From assembly GCA_963678315.1 (NCBI GenBank), contig OY782781.1:2464001-2528000 (forward strand): a stretch of 64,000 nucleotides of DNA. Reading direction: 5' to 3'. Below are positions 30,262 to 40,690 of this stretch, in pieces; position 1 is the first letter of the stretch, and each line of letters opens with the position of its first letter. The position numbers and the translations under genes were made by a program. The notes below the pieces were generated by a model, which worked only from the letters and a program-made list of their open reading frames with translations, made no database searches and had not been told where the DNA came from. Origin of the DNA: Candidatus Cloacimonadales bacterium. GTDB taxonomy: Bacteria; Cloacimonadota; Cloacimonadia; Cloacimonadales; JAFGVF01.

Positions 30262-31190
30262 CTCTCGCCTCGTTTCAATAGTTTCATAAAGAATACACTC
30301 CCAATAATCGTTGTAATAATACCTACAGGTAGTTCTCCAATCGGACTAATATGAAAAGCAATAAAATCACAAAGTAGTAAGAACAATCCACCACTTATCA
30401 TAGTAAGGAAATAGTTGTTTTTGATATTATCACCAAGTATTAGCCTTAAGATATGAGGAATAATTAGTCCTACAAATCCAATAATACCAGCATAGGAAGT
30501 TACTATTGCAACTAATATAGAGGTTATTATAAATATCTTTTTTCTAATCTTGGAGGTATTGATTCCTAAAGTGTGAGCTGTAACTTCTCCAGTTGATATA
30601 ATATTCAAACTATTAGTTAAGAAGTAAAGGTAAACCATCAGTACCAAAGAGAGTACTGCTAAAGCTAGGAAATATAGCCATTCTGTATTAGTAAATACAT
30701 GGTTCAGACTCCCCATCAATACACTCATAATTGCACTTACTTTATCAGGGAAAAGATAGATATAAAGTGAAATAACAGCACCACATATCATTGATATAAT
30801 TATCCCTGATAAAATCAACTTAACAGAGTTAAAGCTTTTACCTTGTTTAGTTAGCATCCATACAGCTAAAATACTAGAGAAGGCACCAAGAAATCCGAAG
30901 ACTGGCATTAAGAGATAGTAGCCTAAGATGTATGCAGTTATAGCGAATAATGCTGACCCTGAAGAAGTACCTAAAATATAAGGCTCTGCTAAAGGATTGT
31001 TCAATAACATCTGATAAGTATTTCCAATTGTAGCTAATACCATACCAGTTAATAAAGTAAGTACAAACCTAGGTATTCGTATATTTTGGATAACAATTGC
31101 TGATGGAGAACCATAACAGAAATAAAGAACTGTAATTCCAGCAAATATGCTGACAAAAATCGTATAAAAGAGAAGCTTATTATTTGTCAT
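30258..31190 (-). CDS. FecCD/BtuC-family ABC permease
   Basis: IRIPR, NPLAEPYILG, GIIGFVGLIIPH, ELPVGIIT. Confidence 0.9.
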   Translation of the reverse strand: MTNNKLLFYTIFVSIFAGITVLYFCYGSPSAIVIQNIRIPRFVLTLLTGMVLATIGNTYQMLLNNPLAEPYILGTSSGSALFAITAYILGYYLLMPVFGFLGAFSSILAVWMLTKQGKSFNSVKLILSGIIISMICGAVISLYIYLFPDKVSAIMSVLMGSLNHVFTNTEWLYFLALAVLSLVLMVYLYFLTNSLNIISTGEVTAHTLGINTSKIRKKIFIITSILVAIVTSYAGIIGFVGLIIPHILRLILGDNIKNNYFLTMISGGLFLLLCDFIAFHISPIGELPVGIITTIIGSVFFMKLLKRGER

Positions 31191-32019
31191 AGTTCAAGAA
31201 TATTTGATTCATTATCTTTATTGCTTCTATTGAGTTAGGTACACAACGAAAAAGATGATTAGGATTAAGATCTTCTGCAGTATATATCTGTTCATTTCTT
31301 ATAGCTGAAAGATTATTCCAGCCTTTACGTTTACTAATTTCATCTTTGGAAAGACCTGATAAGGCAATTATTATATCTGGATTAAAGTTTAGAATATCTT
31401 CATTCTTTGCAATCAAAAATGATTTATTAATTGACTTGAATATATTCATTCCGCCAGCTTTTGTAATTGCATCAGATATAAATGAAGGTTTGCCTATTGT
31501 TCCCAAGTTTGGTGATATTTCGAAATATACTTTAGGACTATTTTCTGGTAAAGTCAAAGAATCAAGTTCTTTTTGAAAGTTGCTGATTATTTCATTACCT
31601 TTATCTTCTTTTCCAATGATAGCTGCTATTTTATTTACATTATTATAAAAAGATTCGATTGAAGTTGAGTTAATAACCTCTACTTTAATACCATAATTTG
31701 CTAACTTTTCACTTTGACTTTCTTGCTCCATATTAGCAGTAAAAACTATATCTGGTGAAATATCTAGTACCTTTTCAATATCAATTGTAGAAAAATCTCC
31801 AACAATCTCAATCTTATCCATTTGGTTTGGAGTATCGCAGTAACTTGCTCTTCCGACAATCCTGTCTAAAGATCCTAGTTCATAAATAACTTCAGCTACT
31901 TCTGGCGAAGTTACAACAATACTTTCAATATCATTCTTCTTTTTATTACTTTCTGCTAAACACCCTGTCAAACAAATTATAATAAGATAAATGATAAGAA
32001 TAATTCCATTACGCTTCAT
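31180..32019 (-). CDS. Helical-backbone metal/cobalamin-binding lipoprotein (BtuF-like)
   Basis: Probable start MKRNG at 32019; lipobox LTGC; 'P..AEV.YELG...IVGR..YCD.P', 'AGG.N', 'NPDII'. Confidence 0.85.
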   Translation of the reverse strand: MKRNGIILIIYLIIICLTGCLAESNKKKNDIESIVVTSPEVAEVIYELGSLDRIVGRASYCDTPNQMDKIEIVGDFSTIDIEKVLDISPDIVFTANMEQESQSEKLANYGIKVEVINSTSIESFYNNVNKIAAIIGKEDKGNEIISNFQKELDSLTLPENSPKVYFEISPNLGTIGKPSFISDAITKAGGMNIFKSINKSFLIAKNEDILNFNPDIIIALSGLSKDEISKRKGWNNLSAIRNEQIYTAEDLNPNHLFRCVPNSIEAIKIMNQIFLNYDK

Positions 32020-32791
32020 AATACACCCCTTCAGTAGAATGGTCAAAAATAAGTTTATATCCTTCCTTATTGACTTTATCTAAGATCATCTTCTTTGCCT
32101 TAACAGTATCTCTTCGACACACATCATAAGCTGATGTTATAGGAATCTTCATAAACTTCTCAGAAGGTATTATATCTCCAGCGTAGATATATTTATCTTT
32201 GCCATTACAAATAGTAACAATTTGCATACCTTCACTATGCCCTCCAACAAGAGATAATAACACATTTTCGGTTAGTTTATAGTCTCCATTAATAATATTA
32301 ATATTACCAGTTTCTTCGAGCAGTTTAAGGTTATTCTCATAATCATAAGCAGCACTATTTAGTTCATCAGGAAACTTAGCAATAGTCCATTCTTTTTCCT
32401 GAATATGATATCTTGCATTAGGAAAGGTAAGCTTGAAAACTTGTCCATATTTACTGACAATTCCACCTGCATGATCAAAATGGAGATGTGTCATCACAAC
32501 ATCAGTTATCTCTAGAGTTGTAATATTGAATGCCTGCAAAACATCATCAAAGTCTTTGATATCAGCTTTAAAAATAGACATCATCTTCTCATTGAGTTTA
32601 TTACCAATTCCTGTATCAACCAATATGGTTCTTCCCGCATCCTTAATAAGCAATAGATTTAAGTTTAACTTCATTCTATGTTTATCATCTACATGCAGAA
32701 ATCTTCCCCATATAGAACGGGGAAGATTTCCAAAAGAAGCACCTGCATCTGTCCAAAAAGAACCAACAGTTACTATGTTTATCTTTGTCAT
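32009..32791 (-). CDS. MBL-fold metallo-hydrolase (YtnP-like)
   Basis: THLHFDHAGG, GHSEG, AGD; N-terminal 'DAGASFG..P..IW'. Confidence 0.88.
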   Translation of the reverse strand: MTKINIVTVGSFWTDAGASFGNLPRSIWGRFLHVDDKHRMKLNLNLLLIKDAGRTILVDTGIGNKLNEKMMSIFKADIKDFDDVLQAFNITTLEITDVVMTHLHFDHAGGIVSKYGQVFKLTFPNARYHIQEKEWTIAKFPDELNSAAYDYENNLKLLEETGNINIINGDYKLTENVLLSLVGGHSEGMQIVTICNGKDKYIYAGDIIPSEKFMKIPITSAYDVCRRDTVKAKKMILDKVNKEGYKLIFDHSTEGVYYEA

Positions 32792-32795
32792 ATTA

Positions 32796-33662
32796 TTAAC
32801 TTTCTTTTTTTACTTGATTACTAGTATTCCTTCTAGGTCTTCTATTAAAAGTCTTTTTCTTAGCCTCATTATTTGGCTTTGGTCTATTTTCGTTGTTGTT
32901 TGCAACTCTCTTCTTAGGAGCGTTATTGTTGTTAATATTTTTCTTAGGAGCTGCATCTTTTACTGGACTAGTTTCTGGAGAATTAGGATCCCTTCTTTTT
33001 TTTGGAGGAATATAACTCCTTTTCCTAATCTTGCTTTGATCATAACCTTTAGGGAACACCACGATTCTTTTTCTCTTTCCATCACCTATAGTTAAAGTAC
33101 TTAAACTATCATTTTCATCAATGTATTGATGTAAGATTCTTCTTATATTAGGATCTAGAGGTTCTAATGTATATGGTTTTTGGTTAGCAACAACTTTATC
33201 AAATATTGGCATATATTTCTTTGTTATAGTTTCAGCTTGTCTTTTTTTATAATCATCAACATCAATATATATACGTTTTCTATTTTCACGAGTTTCAAAG
33301 ATTCTATTTACAAGGTATTGCATATTATTTAAGAATCTTGCTTCTTTCCCAATTAGGAAGCCAGCGTCGTCTGAACCAATAATATGATAAGTTACTGAAT
33401 CATTTTTTTCGTTAACATCAATATCAACATAGTCAACACCCATTTTTTCTAGTAGTCCTTTAATAAAAGCAAGAACTTTTTGTTTGTCTCCAAAAGAAAC
33501 AATTTTAATTGAAGCTTTTTTTCCACCAATAAATCCTAGGAATCCACTTTTACCTTCTTCAATAACTTCGTAATTAACATCATTTTTGTTAATATTATTT
33601 TCTTGGCAGAATTTCTTTAATATGCTTTCGACTGTACTTCCATTCAAAATTTTTGAATCCAT
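32796..33662 (-). CDS. jag: RNA-binding protein Jag/KhpB (Jag_N, KH, R3H)
   Basis: EEGKSGFLG, GFLIGKEA, RRILHQ; follows yidC. Confidence 0.9.
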   Translation of the reverse strand: MDSKILNGSTVESILKKFCQENNINKNDVNYEVIEEGKSGFLGFIGGKKASIKIVSFGDKQKVLAFIKGLLEKMGVDYVDIDVNEKNDSVTYHIIGSDDAGFLIGKEARFLNNMQYLVNRIFETRENRKRIYIDVDDYKKRQAETITKKYMPIFDKVVANQKPYTLEPLDPNIRRILHQYIDENDSLSTLTIGDGKRKRIVVFPKGYDQSKIRKRSYIPPKKRRDPNSPETSPVKDAAPKKNINNNNAPKKRVANNNENRPKPNNEAKKKTFNRRPRRNTSNQVKKES

Positions 33663-33663
33663 A

Positions 33664-35295
33664 CTATTGTCCTCTAAATTTTTTGTTAATATAATTTTGT
33701 TGGAATATACCTAGAATATTGAATACTGTCCAATATAAAACAAGGCCTGATGGTAAATTCTTGAATATGAAGAACATTATTACCGGCATAAAATATGCCA
33801 TCATCTTTTGACTTTGCATCATTGCTTCTTGTTTTTCGTCTAGGTCCTGATTACCTGTTTTTTGCTTTGCAAGCATCATCTTTTGCTGAATGAACATAAA
33901 TACACCCATAAGTATAGGCAATACAAAATAAGGGTCTGGAATTGATAAATCTTGTAACCAACCAACAAAAGATGCTCCTCTTAGTCCTAATGAATATCTA
34001 AGAGTAGGATAAAGTGCAAAGAATATTGGCATTTGAATAAGCATAGGGAGACATCCACCAAGAGTAGAAACTCCATGTTCTTTCATTACCTTACTTCTTT
34101 CTTGTTGCATCTTCATCGGATCACTTTTGTACTGTTTTTGAATAGCATTTAATTGTGGTTGTATTTGCTGCATTTTGGTACTGTTTTCAAAAGCCTTATG
34201 AGTTAATGGATACAGTATAACTTTCATTAATATTGCAAAGATAATAATCACTAAGCCATAATTAGGAATCACTTTTCCTAAATATTTAAAAACTATTTCA
34301 AAAAGTTTTGATAACCAGTGTAACCAAGTCCAAGATCTTTCAATAACTCTATCAAACTCTAAAGTAGAATCAAATTTATTAATAAACTCTGGATCTACTG
34401 GACCTAAATACATGTTGTATTTGTGTTGAGTATCATCGAAGTTTGCATCTTCGATTGATAGAGTAAAGGCTGGACTTTCATTTTCCATCCTAGCATTGTA
34501 TGTTTTTTTACCACTAATTTGATTTGAGAAAAGAGATATTACAAAATATTTTGACCTAACAGCAGCCCATTTAACTGACTGACTTTCACTATTTTGATTA
34601 GATTTCTTTAGTTTGTTTAAGTCATAAGATTCAATTTCATTGTTATCTAAAGAAATAAACTTATAATCTCTTGTCTTACCTTTAAAATAACTTTCAGGAT
34701 TTTTTTCTTTGTAAGAAAGATTCTCTGTATCAGTAATACCATTTACGTTGAAGGTATAGTCATCTTGGTATTCTTCACTTGAAAAATCAAGATTAAGGTC
34801 TAATTGATAATCTTCGTGTAAAACATATTCTTTTGAGAAGACTTCGTTACCGTCTTTATCATTTAAATAAAATCTTACACTATTTTTATTTTCTTCAAAC
34901 AAATACAAGTAATTATCTAATTTACCTTTGTCTAAATCAACTTTACCTAATACAGTATTAGTAGGAATTAATTGTACAATTTGTTCATCTGTAAGTTTAA
35001 AATTTTTTAATTTTGCACTTGTTATCACTGCATTTCTATTAGAGAAAGTTAACTCTAAAAAATCATTAGCTAAAGTTACAACCTTAGTAGTATCATCTTG
35101 AATAATGTCACCAGAAGCAATAACATTGCTTATTGGTTCATCTTTTGAGCTAACTTGCTCATTATTGTTGTTATCTTTAGTTTCTTCTGTCGCTGGTTTA
35201 GTCACATTCTTTTGCGGCTTCGGTATAATATAAGTATTGAATACCCAATATGTTAAAAACATAAGTGCTATTGCTAGTAGGGTTTTCCTATTCAA
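33664..35295 (-). CDS. yidC: Membrane protein insertase YidC
   Basis: NYGLVII, GGCLPMLIQMPIFFALY, WLQDLSIPDPY, PSGLVLYW. Confidence 0.96.
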   Translation of the reverse strand: MNRKTLLAIALMFLTYWVFNTYIIPKPQKNVTKPATEETKDNNNNEQVSSKDEPISNVIASGDIIQDDTTKVVTLANDFLELTFSNRNAVITSAKLKNFKLTDEQIVQLIPTNTVLGKVDLDKGKLDNYLYLFEENKNSVRFYLNDKDGNEVFSKEYVLHEDYQLDLNLDFSSEEYQDDYTFNVNGITDTENLSYKEKNPESYFKGKTRDYKFISLDNNEIESYDLNKLKKSNQNSESQSVKWAAVRSKYFVISLFSNQISGKKTYNARMENESPAFTLSIEDANFDDTQHKYNMYLGPVDPEFINKFDSTLEFDRVIERSWTWLHWLSKLFEIVFKYLGKVIPNYGLVIIIFAILMKVILYPLTHKAFENSTKMQQIQPQLNAIQKQYKSDPMKMQQERSKVMKEHGVSTLGGCLPMLIQMPIFFALYPTLRYSLGLRGASFVGWLQDLSIPDPYFVLPILMGVFMFIQQKMMLAKQKTGNQDLDEKQEAMMQSQKMMAYFMPVIMFFIFKNLPSGLVLYWTVFNILGIFQQNYINKKFRGQ

Positions 35296-35307
35296 AATTT
35301 TCCTCCA

Positions 35308-35577
35308 TTATTTCAAAGGGTCATAACCACCTGGGTGGAATGGATGGCATTTTAGAATTCTTTTAGTAGATAAGTATGTTGCATAAAAAAAGTTGTATTT
35401 TCTAAATGCCTGTAATGCATAGCTAGAACATGTAGGAGTAAATCTACATGTTTGGGGTAAAAGGGGTGAAATATAAATTTTATACACTTTGATAATAATA
35501 AGTACACTTAAATTTATACATTTAGTTGTTTTATGAGCAATGTTTTTCAAGCTTCTTAAAAACGTAATCAAGCTCAC
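35308..35577 (-). CDS. yidD: Membrane protein insertion efficiency factor
   Basis: [33 protein letters not shown]; start uncertain. Confidence 0.94.
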   Translation of the reverse strand: MSLITFLRSLKNIAHKTTKCINLSVLIIIKVYKIYISPLLPQTCRFTPTCSSYALQAFRKYNFFYATYLSTKRILKCHPFHPGGYDPLK

Positions 35578-35899
35578 TTTTAAAATCTCTCCATGTTATC
35601 TTTGATGAATCAGAAAGCGCTATAATATTTATCATTGTCCCATTAACTTCTGTAGTAAGTTCATTTCTAAGATAAGCTCTAACTCTTCGTTTAATCCTAT
35701 TTCTAATCACTGCATTCCCTATTTTTTTAGTCACAGTTATCCCAATAGATAAAAAAGAAGATTCTGTGTCATGAAGACACAGAACTAAAAATCTTTTAGA
35801 TGAAACCTTCTTTCTTGCATTGTAGAATTTTAAGTATTGCTTTCTATCTTTAATAAACTTAAACAGTGAGTCTTTTTCTGCCTTTAGCTCTTCTTGCAT
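35531..35899 (-). CDS. rnpA: Ribonuclease P protein component
   Basis: [20 protein letters not shown]; true start probably near the rpmH stop. Confidence 0.92.
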   Translation of the reverse strand: MQEELKAEKDSLFKFIKDRKQYLKFYNARKKVSSKRFLVLCLHDTESSFLSIGITVTKKIGNAVIRNRIKRRVRAYLRNELTTEVNGTMINIIALSDSSKITWRDFKSELDYVFKKLEKHCS

Positions 35900-35993
35900 T
35901 CAATACTCTTCTACCGTTTGCTGTACTCATGCGAGAACGGAAACCGTGTTTGTTCTTTCTTTTTCTGTTATGAGGTTGATATGTTCTTTTCAT
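35859..35993 (-). CDS. rpmH: 50S ribosomal protein L34
   Basis: Not in the ORF track; hand translation [53 protein letters not shown]. Confidence 0.97.
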   Translation of the reverse strand: MKRTYQPHNRKRKNKHGFRSRMSTANGRRVLNARRAKGRKRLTV

Positions 35994-36271
35994 CTCATTC
36001 TCCTTCTCTATTTAATATATTTTTTATCGTTTTATTTCAAGTTATGTAATTTTCTTAGGTCTGGCAAATATGTCAAGAAAAAATGATTATCTCTTGACTT
36101 ACTTAACAATAGCACTTTTAAAGTGTTTAACAGAACAAATCAATATAGTACTTATAAATACTTATTATGATTATTTTTAAGTGTTTTACTAATAACTAAG
36201 AATTTATTTCAAAATGTAGAATTAACTAGTATTAATACAATTTCTTAACCTAGAAATATTTTTAAGTCAGA

Positions 36272-38179
36272 TTATTTTCTATTTTCTCCTATCTTGACAA
36301 GAAGTAGCTCAAATATCAACAGAGTGACTAAAGCAATTAATATATATTTAACTATTTCAAAGTTGTTACTATCACTAAAAATATCATTTCTCCAATCTTT
36401 AGTTTTGCTAATTTCTTCATTATTAATGTTGCTATTTGCTTTACTTTCTTCAAAATGTTTATCTTGAAGATTTACAGCAATATATTTAATGCTTCCATTA
36501 TTTAAAAGCAATTTATAAATTCCTGTTTGTTCATACTGATAATAAGTTGTAGTCACATCTATATCATTGATTTTTTTTATATTGCTAGCATCAATCTGAC
36601 TAAGTACGCTTTCAGAACTAATCTGTATTTTACTCTCACTAAGAGATTCAAGTATTTTATTGAATATAACTGGATATGAAGAATCAATTACAAAATCATT
36701 GTTTTCTCCAAAAAACATATAGAAGCGCTTATCTTTTTTATATAGTATTGGTCTATTTTCATTGCTTAGTAAGTTATTACTTTGCTCTGCTATTCTAGCA
36801 TCTATTACATCATTAAAATACAAATTACTCATAGATTCTTTTGAAACATTCTGAAGTATTTCATCGTAAATATTAACCTTGTTTGGACTAAGCTGTAAAA
36901 ATTTATCTGATAGTATTTCAATTTTTTCTTTCTTGAAAAGTTGTGTCTCTGATAGCCCTTTATTGTTAGCAACTAGCCATAAAAAACCTTTATCTCTTTC
37001 GTTTAAATAATCAATAGCAGCATCAATGTTTGATGATATTGATGTTAGCTTGTTGAATATAATTACATCAAAATCTTTAATCAGATTATTGTTAACTAAG
37101 TCTGGATTCAAATAAGAAATATTACTAGTATTTCCTGCAAAAATCTCTAACATTGTTTTATAAGGTAGAGCTAGTTGAGACTCTGTAACTACTGCTATCT
37201 TAGGTGCTAAATTATAATAGAAACTAAAGTAATACCTATTATCAAAAGTCAGTTCTTCATCTTGAATCTCTATATAACCCTTCTGCCAACCACTATTTTC
37301 GAGTTGTATGGAAAAGTGATCTTCAATAGTTTTATTGCCTTCAATTGAAATAAATTTATCTATTTTCCTATCATTTAATTTAACTCTGACTAATTGATCC
37401 TTAAAAGCTTTAAGACAGTGATTATGCACAGAATATGTCAAATCTAGAAACTTATTCCCTTTCCTAGTCACAATCGATGCTTCATTGATTGAACATGATA
37501 AATTCTTCCATTTTTCTCTGTTATATATTGGTATTGATAGAATATCATCTAGAGAATCTAGCTTTGAAATAGGCTCATTAAAATCACTAATAAGTATTAT
37601 CCGATTATTAACTGTTTTTGATTCTTTGAAATCTTTCTTAGCTTGCGAGATAAGACTATCAATTGGCACAGTATCAAAGCTTACTTTAATAGAGGATAAG
37701 AGACTATCTGACAGTGATCCATTGTGGAATTTGCTAGCTAACAGATTATGATCTTTAGTATAAATTCTTATAAAGTCATCTGCTTCTAACTCATTATTTA
37801 TTTCTTTTAGGATATCCTTCAGTTTATCTAGATTAGATTCCTCATCCTCATAAAAATCCATACTAATAGAATTATCAGCTATAATAGATAAGCTTGTAGG
37901 GGCATGATAGTTAGAAGAAACAGACCCAAAACCTGAAATTAGCGGTCTTGCAAATGCTAAACAAACCAGTAGGATTATTATTATTCTAATTATAAGTAAG
38001 AGAATATTTATAAGGTTAATTTTACTTTTTTTTTCTTTTTGACTCTGTGTTATAAATCTAATTGAACTGAAGATAACTTGTTGAGGTCTTTTCTTTGCAA
38101 AGAAATAAATCAACAAGGGAATCAATGCTGCAAGTCCAGCTATTAAAAAACCAGTATTCAAGAAAGATAAAGAGAACAA
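36272..38179 (-). CDS. BatA-domain/vWA membrane protein
   Basis: N-terminal 'FLN..FL..GLAALIPLLIYFF......FSSIRF...LLLIIR...AFARP'; DNSISM; C-terminal TM. Confidence 0.8.
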   Translation of the reverse strand: MFSLSFLNTGFLIAGLAALIPLLIYFFAKKRPQQVIFSSIRFITQSQKEKKSKINLINILLLIIRIIIILLVCLAFARPLISGFGSVSSNYHAPTSLSIIADNSISMDFYEDEESNLDKLKDILKEINNELEADDFIRIYTKDHNLLASKFHNGSLSDSLLSSIKVSFDTVPIDSLISQAKKDFKESKTVNNRIILISDFNEPISKLDSLDDILSIPIYNREKWKNLSCSINEASIVTRKGNKFLDLTYSVHNHCLKAFKDQLVRVKLNDRKIDKFISIEGNKTIEDHFSIQLENSGWQKGYIEIQDEELTFDNRYYFSFYYNLAPKIAVVTESQLALPYKTMLEIFAGNTSNISYLNPDLVNNNLIKDFDVIIFNKLTSISSNIDAAIDYLNERDKGFLWLVANNKGLSETQLFKKEKIEILSDKFLQLSPNKVNIYDEILQNVSKESMSNLYFNDVIDARIAEQSNNLLSNENRPILYKKDKRFYMFFGENNDFVIDSSYPVIFNKILESLSESKIQISSESVLSQIDASNIKKINDIDVTTTYYQYEQTGIYKLLLNNGSIKYIAVNLQDKHFEESKANSNINNEEISKTKDWRNDIFSDSNNFEIVKYILIALVTLLIFELLLVKIGENRK

Positions 38180-38180
38180 G

Positions 38181-39185
38181 TTACATTCCTAAAGTTACTG
38201 AAAATAAATAGTCTGTATTATTTAATACAAAGCCATGAGAGATACCAGAAAAGTTAACAGTAAACATGCTTACAGTGTAGCCTAAGCCGAATGTATAATT
38301 AATATCATCCATACTTTTAAAGTCATCACTATACATACCTGTTTTGAAACCTAAAGTTTGTTCATAAACCTTGCCGAAACCTAAAGAATAACTATATCCT
38401 AGATGATAAGTTTGATAATCTTGATTCCTAAATCTCCCTTGTGTAGCCATTGTAAAAGTAGAAGATTCATTTTTATAACCAATTCCTGCAGAGTATCTTT
38501 TACGTAAATGATCATTACTTCTACCACTCCAATATAATCTAGAAATCACATCATAAAATGAAATTCCATAAATCATGCTATCTTGAATATATGATAGGCC
38601 TAAATCAACTGAGTATCCTGTCACAGAATCATCAACAAATTCTTGGTCTTCCCAATGATTTCCTATTTTTTCTTCTTGGTGATAGACCTGTCTGCCATCA
38701 ATTAGTTTTAGATTAAAGCCAAGTTTTAATTTTTGATAATCTTCATCTTCAGCAGCTAACGAGATTGAATAAGCATTCATATATAAGTCATGGTATGTTT
38801 TTAATGTATCATTCTCCACATTACTATTAATATTCATTACTGGCTGATAAGAAGCTGCAAATTTCTTAGTTGAAAAAGTATAGTAAACAAATTGCTTTTC
38901 ATGAAGTAGATAATTGGGGTTTAAAAGAGAAGCAACATTTTCATCTTCCATTCTTCTTGATCTAAATGAAGCTGTAATATAGCTCTGACTCCTTAAATTA
39001 AGTAATGCCGGATTATCATAAGCAACACCATAGTCTTCAGCAAAAACCTGATTAATCCCTCCTAAAGATATCCCAACAGTTGATATGTGTCTATCTGGTG
39101 TATGCCAATCTAAATCGATTTTTGGATATGCACTCAAGCCTTGGAATAAACAAAAGATTGCAAATAACCATGCCACCCTTTTCAT
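38181..39185 (-). CDS. Outer-membrane beta-barrel, PorV/UPF0164/FadL-like
   Basis: Signal peptide; 'SLGG....A.D....Y.NPALL' hatch motif; 'GYSVDLGLSY'; amphipathic strands. Confidence 0.6.
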   Translation of the reverse strand: MKRVAWLFAIFCLFQGLSAYPKIDLDWHTPDRHISTVGISLGGINQVFAEDYGVAYDNPALLNLRSQSYITASFRSRRMEDENVASLLNPNYLLHEKQFVYYTFSTKKFAASYQPVMNINSNVENDTLKTYHDLYMNAYSISLAAEDEDYQKLKLGFNLKLIDGRQVYHQEEKIGNHWEDQEFVDDSVTGYSVDLGLSYIQDSMIYGISFYDVISRLYWSGRSNDHLRKRYSAGIGYKNESSTFTMATQGRFRNQDYQTYHLGYSYSLGFGKVYEQTLGFKTGMYSDDFKSMDDINYTFGLGYTVSMFTVNFSGISHGFVLNNTDYLFSVTLGM

Positions 39186-39188
39186 ATT

Positions 39189-39809
39189 TTACAACTCCCT
39201 TCTTTTTCTTGATACAAGAAAGTTAACTATTACCATTAATATAGATGCTATCAAAATCTTTGTTGTTAAGCTTGGACTATCTTGCATAATAGTTGAAGCT
39301 ATTAACGATGATATTACAGGTGCTCCAACGGTAAAATACTTAGCTGCCCTTTTCTGATTAAACACAACCACCATTATAGTAGATAGAAAGCCAACTATCA
39401 GCATCGTTACAGGTGCAAAATAGCCAATATATCCAGCAAAAGTAAAGATACCTCTTCCACCTCTAAATTTGTTATATACAGGGAAGCAATGCCCTAGAAT
39501 CAAGAAAAAACCATATATAAATAAGAGATTATCAGAGCAATATAACTCGCTTTTAAAAATTAGTTTAGTTAAATATTCTATTAAAAATAAAAAGACACAG
39601 ATCTTTACAATATCAACAATTCCTACAAACACACCTAGAGTTCTATTTACATTCGAATAAATATTTTCTGTATCAAGATGGCCTGAACCAACTTTAGAAA
39701 GTTTAATATTTTTGAAAACTTTAGCTACAACTCTTGCTGCTGAGAATAAGCCAGCTATATAGCCAATTAGACATATACTACATATTATTAAAATATCAGT
39801 GATAGACAT
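39189..39809 (-). CDS. plsY: Glycerol-3-phosphate acyltransferase PlsY-like
   Basis: GSGHLDTEN, DIVK, ILGHCFPVYNKFRGGRG; motif 1 is divergent. Confidence 0.75.
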   Translation of the reverse strand: MSITDILIICSICLIGYIAGLFSAARVVAKVFKNIKLSKVGSGHLDTENIYSNVNRTLGVFVGIVDIVKICVFLFLIEYLTKLIFKSELYCSDNLLFIYGFFLILGHCFPVYNKFRGGRGIFTFAGYIGYFAPVTMLIVGFLSTIMVVVFNQKRAAKYFTVGAPVISSLIASTIMQDSPSLTTKILIASILMVIVNFLVSRKRREL

Positions 39810-39818
39810 TTTTTCTCC

Positions 39819-40529
39819 TTAATTATAATTTCTTGCCCCAAATATCGCAGATCCAATTCTTACAATATTTGCCCCTTCCTCGATTGCAACCTCGAAATCA
39901 TGCGTCATGCCCATTGATAAATAGTCCATATCGACATTCTGGAGCTCTGCTTTCTTAATGTTATCAAATATACTTTTTAGTGTCCTGAAATATGGCCTAG
40001 TTACCTCAGGATCTGGATTGAATAGACCAATAGTCATTAATCCTTTTATTTTTATATTTGGAAGTTGAGATATTTTTTCCACTAAATCATAAACTTCTTT
40101 TTCTCCAGCTCCTGATTTACTATTCTCTTGAGTTATATTAACCTGAACAAGAATATCTTGCAGGACATTATGTTTCTCACAATATTTGGATAATTTTTCA
40201 GCTGTGGAATATTTATCTATTGAATGTATTAGGCTTGGTTTTAAAGGTATCAAATCTTTGATTTTGTTAGATTGAAGGTGTCCAATAAAATGAAATTCCT
40301 CATATAAACCAGCAAGCAAGGGAAGCTTATTCTTAGAATCTTGTATTTTATTTTCACCAATATATTTAGCTCCTGCAGCTAGTGCTTCTTTAACAACTTC
40401 TGCTGGGTGTGTCTTTGTCACAGTAATTAATTTTACTGAGTTAGGTGATTTATTCAGTTTAATACAACATTGCTTTATCTTTTCTTCAATATTCTTGTAG
40501 TTTTCTGTTATACTCATTTTATTCTCCAT
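39819..40529 (-). CDS. yggS: PLP homeostasis protein (YggS/PlpHP)
   Basis: [46 protein letters not shown]. Confidence 0.95.
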   Translation of the reverse strand: MENKMSITENYKNIEEKIKQCCIKLNKSPNSVKLITVTKTHPAEVVKEALAAGAKYIGENKIQDSKNKLPLLAGLYEEFHFIGHLQSNKIKDLIPLKPSLIHSIDKYSTAEKLSKYCEKHNVLQDILVQVNITQENSKSGAGEKEVYDLVEKISQLPNIKIKGLMTIGLFNPDPEVTRPYFRTLKSIFDNIKKAELQNVDMDYLSMGMTHDFEVAIEEGANIVRIGSAIFGARNYN

Positions 40530-40690
40530 TCTTAATCAAATATTTATTCGATTACATTCATCTTATAAGTTAAACATATTTTTTATAGTCTAATGTCAAT
40601 AAAAATATAATTGAGAGTTAGAATAACCCATTTTTTAAAGTTTGGATGACTGTCTTATTGACATTTTCAATAAGCAGACAAGAGTCACTC

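Noticed and set aside
32019..32800. Cobalamin riboswitch for the BtuF/BtuC-like genes
   Set aside because: The binding-protein gene overlaps the upstream MBL gene, leaving no leader, and no B12-box is visible.
36000..36270. oriC upstream of rpmH
   Set aside because: AT-rich, but I see no cluster of TTATCCACA-like DnaA boxes and no dnaA.
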